A DNA stretch of 64,000 bases from Gekko japonicus (GCF_001447785.1 NW_015164664.1:526274-590273); one strand, 5' to 3'. Positions 12,485 to 52,419 are shown, counted from the first letter of the stretch. Made by a program: numbers and translations. Notes: generated by a model not told the origin, from the letters alone.

Positions 12485-15040
12485 CAGTAGAAGAGGAGGT
12501 GCCTCTGGGTTTTCTGCAAGCTCTGTGAGCACAGTCTTGGCTGGGAGCAAAGCTCTTCCTTGGCTGCACCTTTCCCTTCCATCCCTCCTCCTCTTTTTTG
12601 TTTCACGTGAGTTGCTCTGGATGTGAGTAAGTATAGCTTGCCCAGAGCTACCTCTGCAGCAGGCCCTTGTTTCATGCTCCAGTAATTGGAAGCCGGCTCA
12701 GCAGAGCCCTCCTGAGCACCTCCCAAGAGTCATTTGCCTCCTTCAGGGGGAGTGAAAGTTCCCTCCCGCCCACATCTCAGAGCCGTCCCAGTTGCAGTCG
12801 GTCCTGCATGAGTTGATTTTCAGTCTCTGTCTGCTCTGCCACAGTGGCGTGAGAGTGGTGGGAGGGCTCCCTGCCTCCGCTACCATTGGATGTAACCCCA
12901 TCTGGTCCGATATGATGGAGGCTCAGTTTGCATGCACTGCTGGGTGGGGGGGGGCTCCTCTTTGCCTGGCTCCTTGCAGGACTTGCATTGAAGGGAGGGG
13001 TTTGCCTTTCCATCTTAGGTAAGAATGAAGCACTGCTGAATGACTCTGGGCAAGGAGAGGGGAAGTGTTGCCGTTCCAAGCGGTCTGGTGGTCTAGCTGT
13101 CCGCTCCATGAATCACGCCTTCTAGATTCTCACCTGCACCAGCCCTTCATAATTCAGACAGGTTCCCTTTTGCTAAGCCCTGGGCTGCTGTGGCCATGTG
13201 AGGGCCACCTCCTGTGACTTCTGGCATCACCTTCCTTCTGTGTGTCACACTGACCTGGTTCCCTTGCTTCTCAGCTGTCGAGGAGGATAATGTGCCAGTT
13301 AGGGGGCAAGTGCTTCCGCCAGGAGGCTGTGTGAGGAATTCCCCACAGTGTGGTCGGTCTTGGGAGGCAGGGAAATCCTCCTTGGTAGGTAACAACCATG
13401 GGGGGAACAATAAAAAGTAGCATTTATACAGAGCTTTCCCTTGATGCTCAAAGCACACCACACCCGCTGTCTTGGTAAACCTTTTAACCTCCCTGCAAGG
13501 CAGGCCAGTATTCTATAAAATCTGCAAAATTCCAGTAAACACAATGCGGAATAGTTGACAGATGTCTGATAAAACTAACAGAAACCCAAGTTCCTGCCAT
13601 TCTCCAAAAATAGCACCACTATGAAATTAAAATTTAAACCAACAACTAGAAAAAAAGGGGTTTTTTTAGAGAGGAATTAGTACAGGCTTCTGTTAGCTCC
13701 ACATTATAGATGGGAGGGAGGTTTTTAAGATGAGCCTTGAGGCAAGCCATTGTCTGCTAAAAAGCTGTGTGCATCCTGAAAGCTCCAACCTCTAAGGTGA
13801 AGGTGTCTAAAATATATCATTTCTCTTAATTTGTGTCTCCAAACTGTATATCTTTAATGCTAAAAGACACATGATAGGACACCTCATGCCCTCAGAGAGC
13901 TTTAAAAGGGAAGGCTGTTTATCCAAAACCTATGCAGAAAAATGGAAATTGTGAGCCTCTGATTTGGGCTGGCTCAGAATGCTGAAGGTGAGGGGAACCT
14001 AGGTGAAGGGTTGCCAGACTGCTGAGATGCTGATTGTCTTTGGACACCTGAATGCAAGAAGCCAAGTACTTCAATTGTGTAGTCCTCATGGACAACAAAA
14101 CCCGTTTTGTTCTATAAAAAGCAATCCAGGATGCTGGCCTGGTAGATATTGATTCAATCAGCGGGCGAGTGAGATTTCCCTCTGTGTAAAACTTGCAAAC
14201 GAGATATGAGCTGGGTAAGAACCTGCCGGGGTCTGCTTTTGTGTTGAATTGACTAGCTTGGAGCTGCTGCTTTGTTGAGGTTTTTTTCTCAGAAGGAGCC
14301 TCCCTTTGATACTTTCCAGACCTCTTAGATTCTGTTTGGGGTGGCTTAGCTTAGATCTTCCTTAGGGGGCTTAAACTGAATTAGCTCTGGAGCATATGAA
14401 ACAAGGCTAACAGTAACTGAGCATTTCTCTCCACATCACTAGCTGAGAATATCCCAAGTACAATGCTTGCACAATCATATGTAAGACCCTGCAGATCAGA
14501 GAGGCAATTTCCAGGCAGATTTCCAGCATCTATATAGATATCTCCCGGACTGGGTCGACAGTCCCCATCCTACCTTGTTTCCTGCTTCTAGCAGCAGCAG
14601 GATAGCTGATGTGCCAAACCCCTAACCTGTTTGAGACTTCTCAGCCTTCACAACACTACAACCCCTTGAACTGTCATGTCCTTTCTCAGTTATAGTTTCT
14701 GCAATTGTGGATGCTGAGTAGACAAATTCCTGCTCCAGAACTACAGTTCCCAACATTCCTTTGCGGAGGAGGTCCCTATTCAAGCAACTTAAGTTTGTAG
14801 CATGTGGGGTTGTGCTCTGAGTGTCCACTTCCTTATGTCTTGGGCTACATCAACCTGGCTACTTTGGAGGGCAGCTGTATGACACGTTGGGCATTTTGCT
14901 CCCAAGGGTTCTGTGCCTGTTCTGGTTCTGTAAAATCTCATTGTTCTTGGGGAGGCCAACTCATTTGTTGCTTGTAAGCTCTGATCAGAGAGACTCTATG
15001 GCAAAGTGGGGGTGGAGCAGCCCCATATGGGGACGGCATG

Positions 15041-15246
15041 CAATGCTCCCTCTAAGCTGTGGAGTCTTGTGAGCAAAAATCCTACTTCGTGAGCCACTGG
15101 CATTAAAGTTGTGAGCGACCGATCTGGCTACTGCATCAATTAGTTTGCTCTGGAGCCATCCTTCCTGAGCTAAGACAAAAATGTGTGAGCCGGAGGCTAA
15201 AAAACTGTGAACTAGCTCACACTAACTCAGCTTAGAGGGAACACTG
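15041..15246. mobile_element. hAT-type MITE family 1, copy B (opposite orientation to A)
   Basis: CAATGCTCCCTCTAAGCTG...CAGCTTAGAGGGAACACTG; nearly identical to 55131-55336. Confidence 0.85.
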
Positions 15247-15414
15247 GCGGCACCTTGTCTTGGTCTATCTACCGTGGGTTCCTTGGGTGGTGTTTTAACG
15301 TTCTCAGGCCTTCTGTACTGTGGCTTAGTTTGGCTGATGGAAGGGATGCTGCCCCAACCAAACCCATCGCTCCTAACCCCCCCCCTTAATCTCTCTTCTC
15401 CCCCTCTCCTACAG

Positions 15415-15621
15415 AGCTGCCATTCTCCGAAGAGCTGCTCCTTCTGCAAGGGAGCTGTTGTGGGCAGCCCAGCGGCTCTGAAGAGAAGCCTCCCCGTCAC
15501 CCCTAGGATTGCTCTGCCTGCCTGCTCCCCTTGCGGACGACGATCCCTCTCCATCATGGGGGTCCTGTGAGCCCCAGGAGTCTGCTTGAGGCCTGGCTGC
15601 CAGTGCTGCCCTTCCCAGACC
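15415..15621 (+). other. NLGN3: NLGN3 5' UTR portion of first coding exon
   Basis: Long polypyrimidine tract plus CAG at 15412-15414, preceded by branch-point-like motifs; 207 nt upstream of the ATG. Confidence 0.7.
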
Positions 15622-42212
<26,591 letters not shown>

Positions 42213-44240
42213 CCGCCCAAGTGCCCCGCACTCCCATGCACATCCCCCACGCTCACTGGACCTGGCGTGGCGGGGGGCGGACATGGCCAGCTCCTCCGGC
42301 TCGCTCTTTGGGGATTTCATTTGTATCAAGTGCTTTGACTCTCCTCGTGCCCAGCAGGGGCAGCGGGACCCATCCTGGCCCAATGGAGGACAGCCCAGCA
42401 AGGGCGAGAGTCACCCCACCCTTGGCTCCTGAGTCCAGCCACACACCCTGCACAGAAGGAGATCCGGAGCCTTTGGGGCTTTCTGTCCTGAAGGAGGCTC
42501 CCGTGGGGCCTTCTGGAGCCATGTTAACCCTGCTTGGGGACAGGGGCTCTGACAGGCACCATCCAAGCCGTCACCCACCTGTCATTCTCTCATCACCACT
42601 AGAGATTTACCAATCAAAGTGCCATGGAAACTGCTCTTGCAGGGCCGAGTCGCCATGAGGGACGGCTGCTGGGAACTGCTGGCACCGTGCCTGGGGAGCC
42701 CCGGACAGGTGTGGTCTGGCCCCGCCCCCCAAGGTACTGGTGAAGGGTTCTGGAGAGCCTGGACTTGGTGCTGGGTCCGGCAGATGCTGTCTGGTCCCCT
42801 ACTCTCCCCCCACCCCACCCCTACCCCCACCCCCGCTCTTCGTGTTGCTGAGAAAATTTCTGTCTGTTGTTTCTTTCCAAAAGAGATTTTTTAAAGCAGA
42901 TCTTTAGTTCTTTAAACACTAACGGAGATGCCCGTGTTTGGTCCTTTGTAAAGATTTTAAACTAAGTGTTCTTGATAAAGCCAGTGAGACAGACACACAC
43001 ACACACGTGCGCGCACACACACACACACGCGCCAGCCACGTCTGTGCTGCGGGCCCCTCCAGCATCGACCTGTGCCAAACCGAGAAACCAGCAGACTTCG
43101 CTCGGGGTGGGCGGCAGGCCAGAGCCGGCCACAGGATCCTTTTGTATTTTTGATACGCCCTTCTGCCACCATTCATATCTGTATGTCTCGCCCAAGCAAC
43201 CTGGATCTGAGGACGAGCTGGACCCCTTCCTCCCTTCTGCCAATGTCCCCATCGCTCTGGCCACGCTACCCCCACCCCCCTCGCCACTCGCTGTGCCAAA
43301 TCTCCATCCTGTCACAGGTTGTCCAAGGCCTCCCCTGCCAGCCTGATCCTCTCCTGCTTCCTTGCCAGCCCGTGACTTACTCTGACCTCCAGTTGGCTGC
43401 CTCCCATGTCCTCCTCCTCTTTTCTGATGGCATTGTGCTGCAGTCTCTTCGTTGTACCTGGGTGTGGCCCATGTGGAGATGAGGAGAAACCCTGGAGGAG
43501 GCCTGTGTGACACAGGGTGGATGCAATGGGGCTTGAGACATCGAGCAGAGGGGCTCTGCTTCCACACAGCTGGCCAGGAGGTCCTTGGGCCAAAGCCATT
43601 CCTTTAGGGGGCGGCCTTATCCATTGCAAGGCATTGAGGGGGCTGTAAGTTGTGTTACAGAAGAAATGTAGAGATGGCTCTTAGTCTTTGAATGACAGGC
43701 AGCCCGATGACCAGAGGTCAGGCTCGGTACGGGGTGGAATTCAAGGAAGGTGGCAGAGGTCACAGTCTTGCGGCAGAGCTCTGCATGGGTGGGAATCGGG
43801 CCTGGTTTGTATCAGACTGCAGTGGATAAACAGCGAGGCTGGAGTCTCATGAGACACACCCAGAACATGTGAATTGGTTTCCAGGAGGTGGTCTCTCCAG
43901 TTGGAGAAGCAGAAATCGGATCTCTGGGCCCCCCAGGAGAGGCAGCTCTGGGTGCGTGTGGGGGAAGAGCCAAAAGGATTCACTGTGGCTTGTTCAGAAG
44001 CCTTATAGCTTCTGCCCCACAGCCCAAGTATTCAGAAGGGGTTGTGGTGGACCCTTCTGCACTATGATGTCCCCCCACCCTGTCTCTGCTGCAGCCCTCC
44101 TGTAGAGGGCACTATCCTACCTAGCAAAAGTAAGGACGGAAGATGAGAGTTTCTGGCTGAGAATGTATTTAAGCCCTGTCAATCACCTGCACAGAGTAAA
44201 GAGTTCCAAATAAAATGGAGGGGGTATTTTTAACCATCTG
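42213..44240 (+). other. NLGN3: NLGN3 3' UTR (about 2 kb, end inferred)
   Basis: No interspersed repeats recognised between the stop and the first AATAAA seen (44209); SINEs resume immediately after it. Confidence 0.6.
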
Positions 44241-44258
44241 CCGTCTTGTCTGGTTCTT
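44209..44258 (+). terminator. Polyadenylation signal AATAAA with downstream GU/U-rich element
   Basis: AATAAA 44209-44214; ccgtcttgtctggttctt at 44241-44258; upstream TGTA at 44164. Confidence 0.65.
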
Positions 44259-44507
44259 AAGGGGGTAGCAGAGCAGTGGGAAGGAGATTGGGGGAAGGGC
44301 ACTTGTACATTTACAGAGTACCTGTTTTGCACGCATAAGGTCCCAGGTTCAGTCTCTGGCACTTCAAATTTAAGCTATCTCAGGTAGTGCTGCCAGTCAG
44401 GGTAGACAATACTGGGATACATTGACCAATGGTGTACATTGCTTTAAGGGAGGGACTTCCCTCTGTTGACTGTGCAGAGGTGCAATAGGGGCCTGCCTTG
44501 GACTAGT

Positions 44508-44706
44508 GGGGAGGGGCTGTGGCTCAGTGGCAGAGCATCTGCTTTGCATGCAGAAGGTCCCAGGTCCAATCCCCGGCATCTCCAGTTAAAAAAATCAGGT
44601 AATATGAAAGGCCTCAGCCTGAGACCCTGGAGAGCTGCTGCCAGTCTGAGGAGACAACACTGACTTTGATGGACCAGTGGTCTGATTCAGTATGAGGCAG
44701 CTTCAT
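44508..44706 (+). mobile_element. tRNA-derived squamate SINE (well preserved; a degenerate copy lies at about 44310-44435)
   Basis: GGGGCTGTGGCTCAGTGGCAGAGCATCTGCTTTGCATGCAGAAGGTCCCAGG head, then gagagctgctgccagtc...ggcagcttcat tail. Confidence 0.8.
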
Positions 44707-45338
44707 AGGACTATCTCCAGAATCTGTAGGGAGCAATGCTTGATCCCCCAAATCACTTCCAGCCAGAGGGGCTCCTGGGGAGATCTCATGGTCAGCCCCA
44801 TTGCTTCAGTGGGGGATAGGGAGCTGGTATGAAAATGCCTTGTTTCTTGGATGGAGGGCCATGCCTGAACGATCCCTTTGCTAAAAATGGCATCATTCCA
44901 ATTTGGAGAGATGCTCTTAACCTGGCAGCAAATAAAGCAGAATGGCCATAATGCAACAAGAAGGCAGCACCACAGCTTGTAAGGGGAAGGTGACTGTTTC
45001 AGGGAATGAGGACTCATTGCTTAGCCAAAACTGCTAAAGGTGAATAAAACGAAAATCTCGAAACCACATTAAAAAGTGGGTTCTGCAATCTGCCCAAATT
45101 ATCTGGCACTGAGAAAACCTCCATGTGCCGGCTTAGCAAATGTACTCTACTCGCTAGGGGGCTCTTCCCCCTTGTGTCCCTGTTTAGCCTCCCCTACTAG
45201 ATCCTGAATTCTCACCAAGCATTGCTCTGTCTTCTCAGCCCCAAGGATGAGACACCTGATTTAAGAGAGAGAGAGAGAGAGAGACTGTCTCAGGATGCTG
45301 AATTCTGCACTCAGGACGGAGCCTGGTGCTTGTTGAAT

Positions 45339-45650
45339 AAAGGTAAAGGTTCCCTTGCTCGAAAGCCAGTCGAGTCCGACTCTAGGGTTGCGGTGCTCAT
45401 CTCCGTTTCAAAGCCGAAGAGCCAGCGCTGTCCGAAGACGTTTCCGTGGTCATGTGGCCGGCATGACTAAACACCAAGGTGCACGGAACGCTGTTACCCT
45501 CCCACCGAAGTGGTACCTATTTATCTACTTGCAATTCCTTGCTTTCAAACTAGAGACGGGAGCTCACTCCGTCATGCGGCAACTCGGGTCTTGAACTGCT
45601 GAACTACTGACCTTCCATAGCCTGCAGTTCAGCGTCTTAACCACTTGAGC
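45339..45650 (-). mobile_element. Sauria SINE, slightly 5'-truncated with an internal deletion
   Basis: Reverse complement of the 35522 copy; (AAAGGT)2 tail at left. Confidence 0.9.
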
Positions 45651-46260
45651 CCTTGGTCAAATGTCTTAGCTGCTGTTTAGCCAGCAGCAGCACAGATCTA
45701 ACTGCACCAAGGTAAGGCTCAGATGCAGCACAGATGGTTAGTCAGAGCCATGGAGGATGGACTTGGGGTCTGATCCAGGAAGTTATGGTCACCTCTAGCA
45801 GTTCTGAAAAAGTACGTAGCCTAAGCCCTCCTTTTTCCAAGGCCGGTCTAGCCAGTTTCTAGGGCCTTTCTCTTTTAGTACTGCTTCTCCCAGTGTCTTT
45901 CTTCCCAAGGTAGCCATTTGGTGGTATCCAATGGATGTGGCTGACACTGATGAGCAGCAAGTTGTCCCCCAAGAATGTCACAACCAGTGATGTTCCTGAG
46001 CACAGCCTCCCCCCCCCCCGCACACTGCATTTCTTGCAGCAGAGGCCAAGAGTACAGTGTGGAGGGCACCAACAAATGCACGCTAACCAAGAGGAAACCG
46101 TCTTCAGAAAGCTCAGCATATCTTAACCGGAAGTGCCCTGTTCCATAAAATAGGTCCCTTTCCGACCAATATAAAATATACAATACTGTTGAATTTCTTT
46201 TTAAAAATAGAAGCTGTGATATGCCAAAATTCTCGCTTCTCTTTAGGAAGCTCTTTGATT

Positions 46261-46850
46261 GTGCAGAAAAGGGCAACTCGAATGATAAAAGGGTTGGAAC
46301 ACTTTCCCTATGAGGAAAGGTTAAAGCGCTTAGGGCTCTTTAGCTTCGAGAAACGACGACTGAGGGGTGACATGATCGAGGTTTATAAGATTATGCATGG
46401 GAAAGAGCAGGTAGAGAAAGAGGTACTTTTCTCCCTTTCTCACAATACAAGAACTCGTGGGCACTCCATGAAACTGCTGAGCGGTCGGGTTAGAACAGAT
46501 AAAAGGAAGTACTTCTTCACCCAAAGAGTGATTAACACACGGAATTCACTGCCACAGGAAGTGGTGGCGGCTACAAGCATGGACGGCTTCAAAAGGGAAT
46601 TAGATAGGCATATGGAGCAGAGGTCCATCAGTGGCTATTAGCCACAAGGTATAGATAGGGGCTCTGGGGCAAGTGATGCTCTGTCTTCTTGGTGCTTGGG
46701 GGGGTCAACAGTGGGAGGGCTTCTAATGTCCTGGCCCCACTGGTGGACCTCCTGATGGCACTGGTATTTCTGGCCACTGTGTGACACAGAGTGTTGGATG
46801 GGATGGGCCTTTGGCCTGATCCAACATTGGCGTCTCTTATGTTCTTATGC
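46261..46850 (+). mobile_element. CR1 LINE 3' fragment (ORF2 C-terminus plus 3' UTR)
   Basis: VQKRATRMIKGLE...YEERLKRLGLFS.EKRRLRGDMIEVYK...TRGH..KL...FFTQRVIN..NSLP; tail tgatccaac...cttatgttcttatg. Confidence 0.92.
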
Positions 46851-47281
46851 TGTATGTGGGTAAAAGTACATGATGACCCCACATGCATGTAATTTGCTGT
46901 GTGCAAACCAGGGGAATGTAGGATAATCAGTTCTGGGTATGCTCGCACAGTTTTCACGCCAATGTCTATGCAAAAGTGACTTTTTCACTGTGATTTCATT
47001 GTGGCTCTTCAGTCCAAGGTGTCGTTCCCCTCCCCCCAATAAATCCCCTTTAGAAGGTTTTGGTTCATTTTACAAGCTCCAGGAATTAAGACATGCATTG
47101 CATCCTGTAGTTGCTAAGCAACCACCACATCATTTCCCCACATCCAGCAAAATGGCTGGAGGCTGCTGCTTGCCTAGAAAGAACCACTAATACCAGCAAG
47201 TAGGGGTGGGGGGGGTGGAGGATAACCCTCCAAAAGGAGGATGCCCAGTTCAGGACCAGAGGCCAAATGATAGGGCTGAAG

Positions 47282-47514
47282 TAGGGTTGCTAGGCCCTCC
47301 CTGACCACCGGCAATGGGTGGAGGGGGCAGGGTTGCCAGACCCAGGTGGGGAAGCTCCTGGAGATTTGATGATGGAGCCTAGGGAGGACAGGGACCTCAG
47401 CAGGGTATACCCTCCAAAGCATCCATTTTCTGCCGGAGAACCAATCTCTGTAGTCTGGAGGTGAGCTGTAACTCCGGGGGATCCCCAGGTCCCACCTGGA
47501 GGCTGGCATCCCTA
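47282..47514. mobile_element. hAT-type MITE family 2
   Basis: TAGGGTTGCTA...TGGCATCCCTA with perfect 8-bp TSD GGCTGAAG. Confidence 0.85.
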
Positions 47515-50500
47515 GGCTGAAGTCAAGGGACTCTGATTCCAGCGCAGTCCGCATTACGGCCCCCTCTCCGTGTGCCAAGCTTTTTGTCATGCCGGGGTTG
47601 GATTTGTGTCTGCCATGCACCTGACACAGCACGGAGCCTCTGTAGATTTTGTTTATGAAGTGGTGACCTTCAGATGGAAGAGAAAAGTGAGCAGATCCAT
47701 CCATGCCGGGAGAGAGGACTGCTGTGTGTGTGTGTGTGGACTGGGTTCAGACAGGTGCTGCTTCTCAATTTGCTGCTGTTCTTGCATCAGTTCAAGTGTG
47801 GGGGGGAGGGGGATCCCCACTCCGCCGCCTGCACCCAGAAGCTCTTCCCCTGATCTCCTTTTGTGCCCAGCCAAGAAGCTGCCAGTTTCATTTCTTTTTA
47901 ATGCAATTTCTAATGGCGTTTCCATGGCAACCAGGAATTGAGGGCCGAGTCCTTTCCAGCAAGCACATGGTCCACTGCGCCTGGTTAGGGGCTGGGGGCA
48001 GGGAGGCGGGCTGGGCTAACGGTGCATGCATGCAGATGTTGGCTGGAGCGGTATATGTATATGTAGAACAGGGAGGAGGAGCATAAGCCATGGCCGTAAA
48101 GAGGAAAGGACTGGTTGGGTACCCAGCTTCAGAGAAAGGAAATAGGGGGATTTGGGGGACTTAGGTAAAATACTGCATTGGGGCTGGGCAGGATGGAGGG
48201 CCAACCCACCATAGCAAAGGCATCAGGGGGAGCTGGGGAAAGGGTCTGTTTTTTCCTTCCGCCCGTGAAAATGGCTCAGTAGCATGGCAGGGTGTGTGTG
48301 TGGGGGGGGGTGAGCAGCAATGAGGTGGAGGATCTGGCCTTGATCTTTGACATTCCCCCAGCTGTACCATCTTGTAGAACTGCACACCATCCATTTTCTC
48401 ACTCTGTGTGCCAATCACTGGTGTGTGCTGAATCTGTACCTAATAATAACCAAGCGACCCTCCAGGCATACCCATCTGGCTGCCCAAACACTTGCTTTCC
48501 TGCTCTGGGACTGCACTGAATGGCTTTGCTAATATTAATAAATTCTGATAGCTGTAGAATTTGGAGCTCTCCTTTTACAATGCGCTGAATTCTCTATAGA
48601 CCTGGGGTTGCTAAAAATATGACCTGAAAGAAAAATACGATTTGCATAGGGGCTGGAGGGGAAGCGTATTCTGGAGATTTTCCAAAACGCTTCTATGTGG
48701 ACATCAAGCCCCGGAGCAGCCCCCAGAGACAGCAGCTTGCTTGTGCCATTTGCTCGCTATCCCACTGGGAGGGCTGCCTCTTTTGCCAAATGTTTTGTAA
48801 AACAAGCCTGCGAACGGCAAATGTTTTGTAGATCCTGAGTGTCCAGATGTGCCACTCTCAGCCCTGGCAGAAGCCTGGAGGTCCCGCTGGTCCAGGAAGA
48901 CCCCCCCCTGCTCTAGTCCTGCCTGGCAGCTGGTTTTGAATCTGAGAATTTTGGCCCTGAGCACCCCAGGCAAATCCAAGAAAGGCACATCCAGGTCAGG
49001 CTCTGGAACTTTTAGTCTGAGCCCAACTTTTCTGTGCCTAGGAAACCTCACAAGGGAAAGCTGGGAAGGAGGGCAAGCTTTACTGGACAGAGAAAAAAAA
49101 AATGCTGTTTGTCGTTTTAAGGGACATACCAAGTGCTTCATAGGGCAGCAGCAGAATCATTCAGCTGTCTCCACAGAGTCTGGTGTTCTCATGCCTTGGG
49201 GATATTTATTTCAAAATGTAACAATCCTGTGAGGACATTTTCTGCATCTTAAATCTTACAACAGTTACACCGTGTCTTACTTCCACAATACAAGTCTGCT
49301 TGTTTTTGGAATTCCAAACTTCTGTATGTGCTCGCAAAGTTGCGAGATCCAGTTTCAAACTCCATAGGTGAGATGTCAAAAGTGCTTGTTATCCCTTGGG
49401 TATCCCCTCCATAATTAACCCTGTTTCAGCAACACACCTTGGCTGGATCATGTGGAACCAAGTATCTCTACAACAAAAAGGACTAAAGACTTTAAAAAGA
49501 AACCTGGGAATTCAGAACAGCAATTAGATCACGGCAATAGATTGCTAGATTGCTGTAGCATGAGAACTATTACTGATTTTACAAGTCTCCCTCTAGTGGT
49601 GGTGATGGGGGATGGCAGCTGTGGGAGTCCAAGCAAAGAAAACGTTGGGGATCTTGTCTTGTGAGCGTGTTGCCCTTGCCGTAAAGAATGCCTATGCATT
49701 TGCAGCCGCAATGAGAGCTGCACAGAGAACTGTGGAAGCAGCCCCTTTTTCAGCTTTGTCACCTCACATGAGTCTGGGGTTTAGCTGGTGATTGGTTTGG
49801 ATCTCAGTTTTTAAAAACTTTGGTTCTTTTTCAGTTTCGAAAGTCACTTTTGACATATGAAACAGAACCATATAACTTTTAAAAATAAAAATAGGACTCA
49901 CAGATCACACTGAAGGTTACCTTACATTACTTTGAAACTGAGGTAAGCACAGAAGCAATTTTACTCCCACCAAGCCAGTCTGGCAAACCAGGGAACTAGC
50001 AAATTTAGCACAGGGCATCAATTGGTGCATTGTGGGAAAATCAAAAGCGATTGCATGGAACCGAACTATGTTCATTTTGTAGAGCTCTTGAAGGATAGCT
50101 GCAGTTACCCTGGCAGGGCCATCCCTATTCTGACCTGCTCCAACACCTCTGCTATTTTTCCTCTCTGTGCATTCCCCCTGTGGCTGTCCCCATAGCCCCC
50201 GTTAGCTTCTTCCCCGTTTGTTTCTCTTCATGATCCTCCCTCAGCAGGTCTGTTTGTCTTTCTTGGGAGCAGACAATCACCTCTTTCTGTCATACTCTGA
50301 GGATCTCTTGAGATCCCACTATTTCAGCAGGGATGAGACATCTGCTTCTCCCACAGCAGGCCTGTGTTATTTTCTAGCCACCACTTGCCACAAAGACTCT
50401 GCCCTCATTCAGCGGCAAGTGGCCACACCAACGGGCACCAAACATTCCTCAAGCATCTGTCACTGGTACATTGAACGGCAAGCCACAACTAGACAGCCCC

Positions 50501-50603
50501 TCCGGTCACGGAGAGTCGTGGCCTCCCATGTGGATAATAAGGTAACACGTAGACTAGCCCTAGGGCAAGCTCAAATAGAGATTGACGGTCTATTTCTGAT
50601 ACA

Positions 50604-50617
50604 GTTGCCATGGCAAC
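50604..50617. promoter_or_regulatory. Perfect palindromic RFX X-box GTTGCCATGGCAAC
   Basis: Exact match to the RFX consensus, in apparently non-repeat intergenic DNA. Confidence 0.6.
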
Positions 50618-52419
50618 AGCGATGCTTGGCAGCTGTTAATTCAGTCCATCTTCGCGGCACTATAAGAGGAAGCAGAATGGTGTATTCTTCCAACCCCACT
50701 ATGCAGAGACCAAGTAAAGGGGGCAGGTGTGTACCTGAAGGCCTTTATTACAGGTTGTTGCCCTTTAACTACCCTGCAATCCAGGGTGTTAAAAGAGTGG
50801 CAAAAACTTATATTGTCTCACCTTTATGGACAAAGCAGGAATTTTATATAATGGAAGAATCTGTAAGTGGAGCGTAGCATGCACACACACACACATGTTA
50901 ATTAAGGGAGGAGTCCAAGATGTAATCTTCTGTTTGTGGCATCTTGGAGTTTCAAGACGCTTCCAAGCCTCTTTCTCTGTCCTGGACTGTGCAGGGAGAC
51001 CTTGCTCTCAAAGGTAAACGGCACTAGCACAGTATACTGACCTTTACCAAATCTGATCATGGTTGAAAACTTTTGCTTGAAAGGAGACAATAGAGTCTTA
51101 GGTTAACTGAAGTGGCTAACAATTGAGTTTGCACACAGACCTTGCTGATATTGGGCGTTTGCGACAGCTGGACAGTTAGACACTCACTAGGTGAAGATTT
51201 CACCATGAGAAGTACAGGGAGGTACAGGGAGAGGGAAGCCTTTGTCTGTCAAATTTCTGACTGTTCCGCATCTTTTAGAGATGCAGGAGCGTCATCAAAA
51301 TCCAGAACTGGCAACCAACCATGCTTTTTGAGTACTATTCTAGGCCTCCCTGGGTCTGCGTTCTCTTCCCTCGCCCTCAGCCTCCCCAATGGTGCATGGG
51401 CAAAAGCACCTGGGAATGCCCTTTCTCTAGCCGACACCCTGGAAAGCAGCTGCCAGTCAGGGAGGACAAAGCAGGGCTGGATGGACCAATGGTCTGACTC
51501 AGGATCAGACAGCTACATATGTTCATATACCCGCTCCCCCACTCAGACTAATTAGTTTCATTAATCAAGCTGTCTTTAGAACCCTACTTCTTAAAGAAAT
51601 AGCATTCTTGGCTGAAATTCAATGTGATGCGGCATTAACCAACTTCATGCTGAATCCCTAGGAATGTGTGTGTGTCTGTGTGTGTGCACGCGCATGCATT
51701 TGTTGGGGGGGGGGGAATGCACAGCATAGGTGAGCAAAGAAAGAACAGCTGCCACCACCCCACCACCTGTACTCCCCCCTGCTCTTCTTTTTGCCATTTC
51801 TCTTCTAGCAGGGTTTACCAGAAGCACCTAAAAAGGCTGTGGTTGTGCATGGGGGGGGGAGCAGGCAGTGGAAGAAACCAACCCCCCCCTCCCCAACTTG
51901 TCAGAATTCTGCAGCACCCCAGTCTTGACACATGGGTAAGGCATACCTAGCTTGACCTTTGGGGTACCAATGACAGCTGTAGAAATTCAACATGCTTTGG
52001 GCAGTCCAACGCTCTTGAGAACTGCCAGAAAGCCGGAGACTGTCAACTCACTGCAAGCCCTTTTCTGATACACAAGAGAAAGCATGATTTCCTGTGGCAT
52101 TTTCAGGCCTTTCTAGGGCCCAGCATTCAAGATGACTGCTCCACGAATGGGTGGCAAGCTTGCTGCCCCCAGGACCTGTGGCATGGCAGGGATAGCCACG
52201 GGGGCCTTACCCACTCGGGCAATGATTTGAATGAAAACCGTGCCTCTTGGGGCAGACCCCTATCAGCTTTCTGATGCATACAAAGAAGTCACCTGTGTAT
52301 TCTTCTCCTTGTATGACAGCTGGAATTTCTTGTGCATGTCTTTTTCTAGAGGAAGACTTATCGCATGTGAAGCTGCACAGAGAGATTGGTTCCCTTTTCT
52401 TGGGCCCTCTCCTTCATAT

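Noticed and set aside
44513-44585. Apparent tRNA gene
   Set aside because: Imperfect acceptor stem and box B; continues into a SINE body seen in several copies
50218-50877. 219-aa ORF with TTG start
   Set aside because: Non-ATG start and no recognisable motif; more likely non-coding DNA around the X-box
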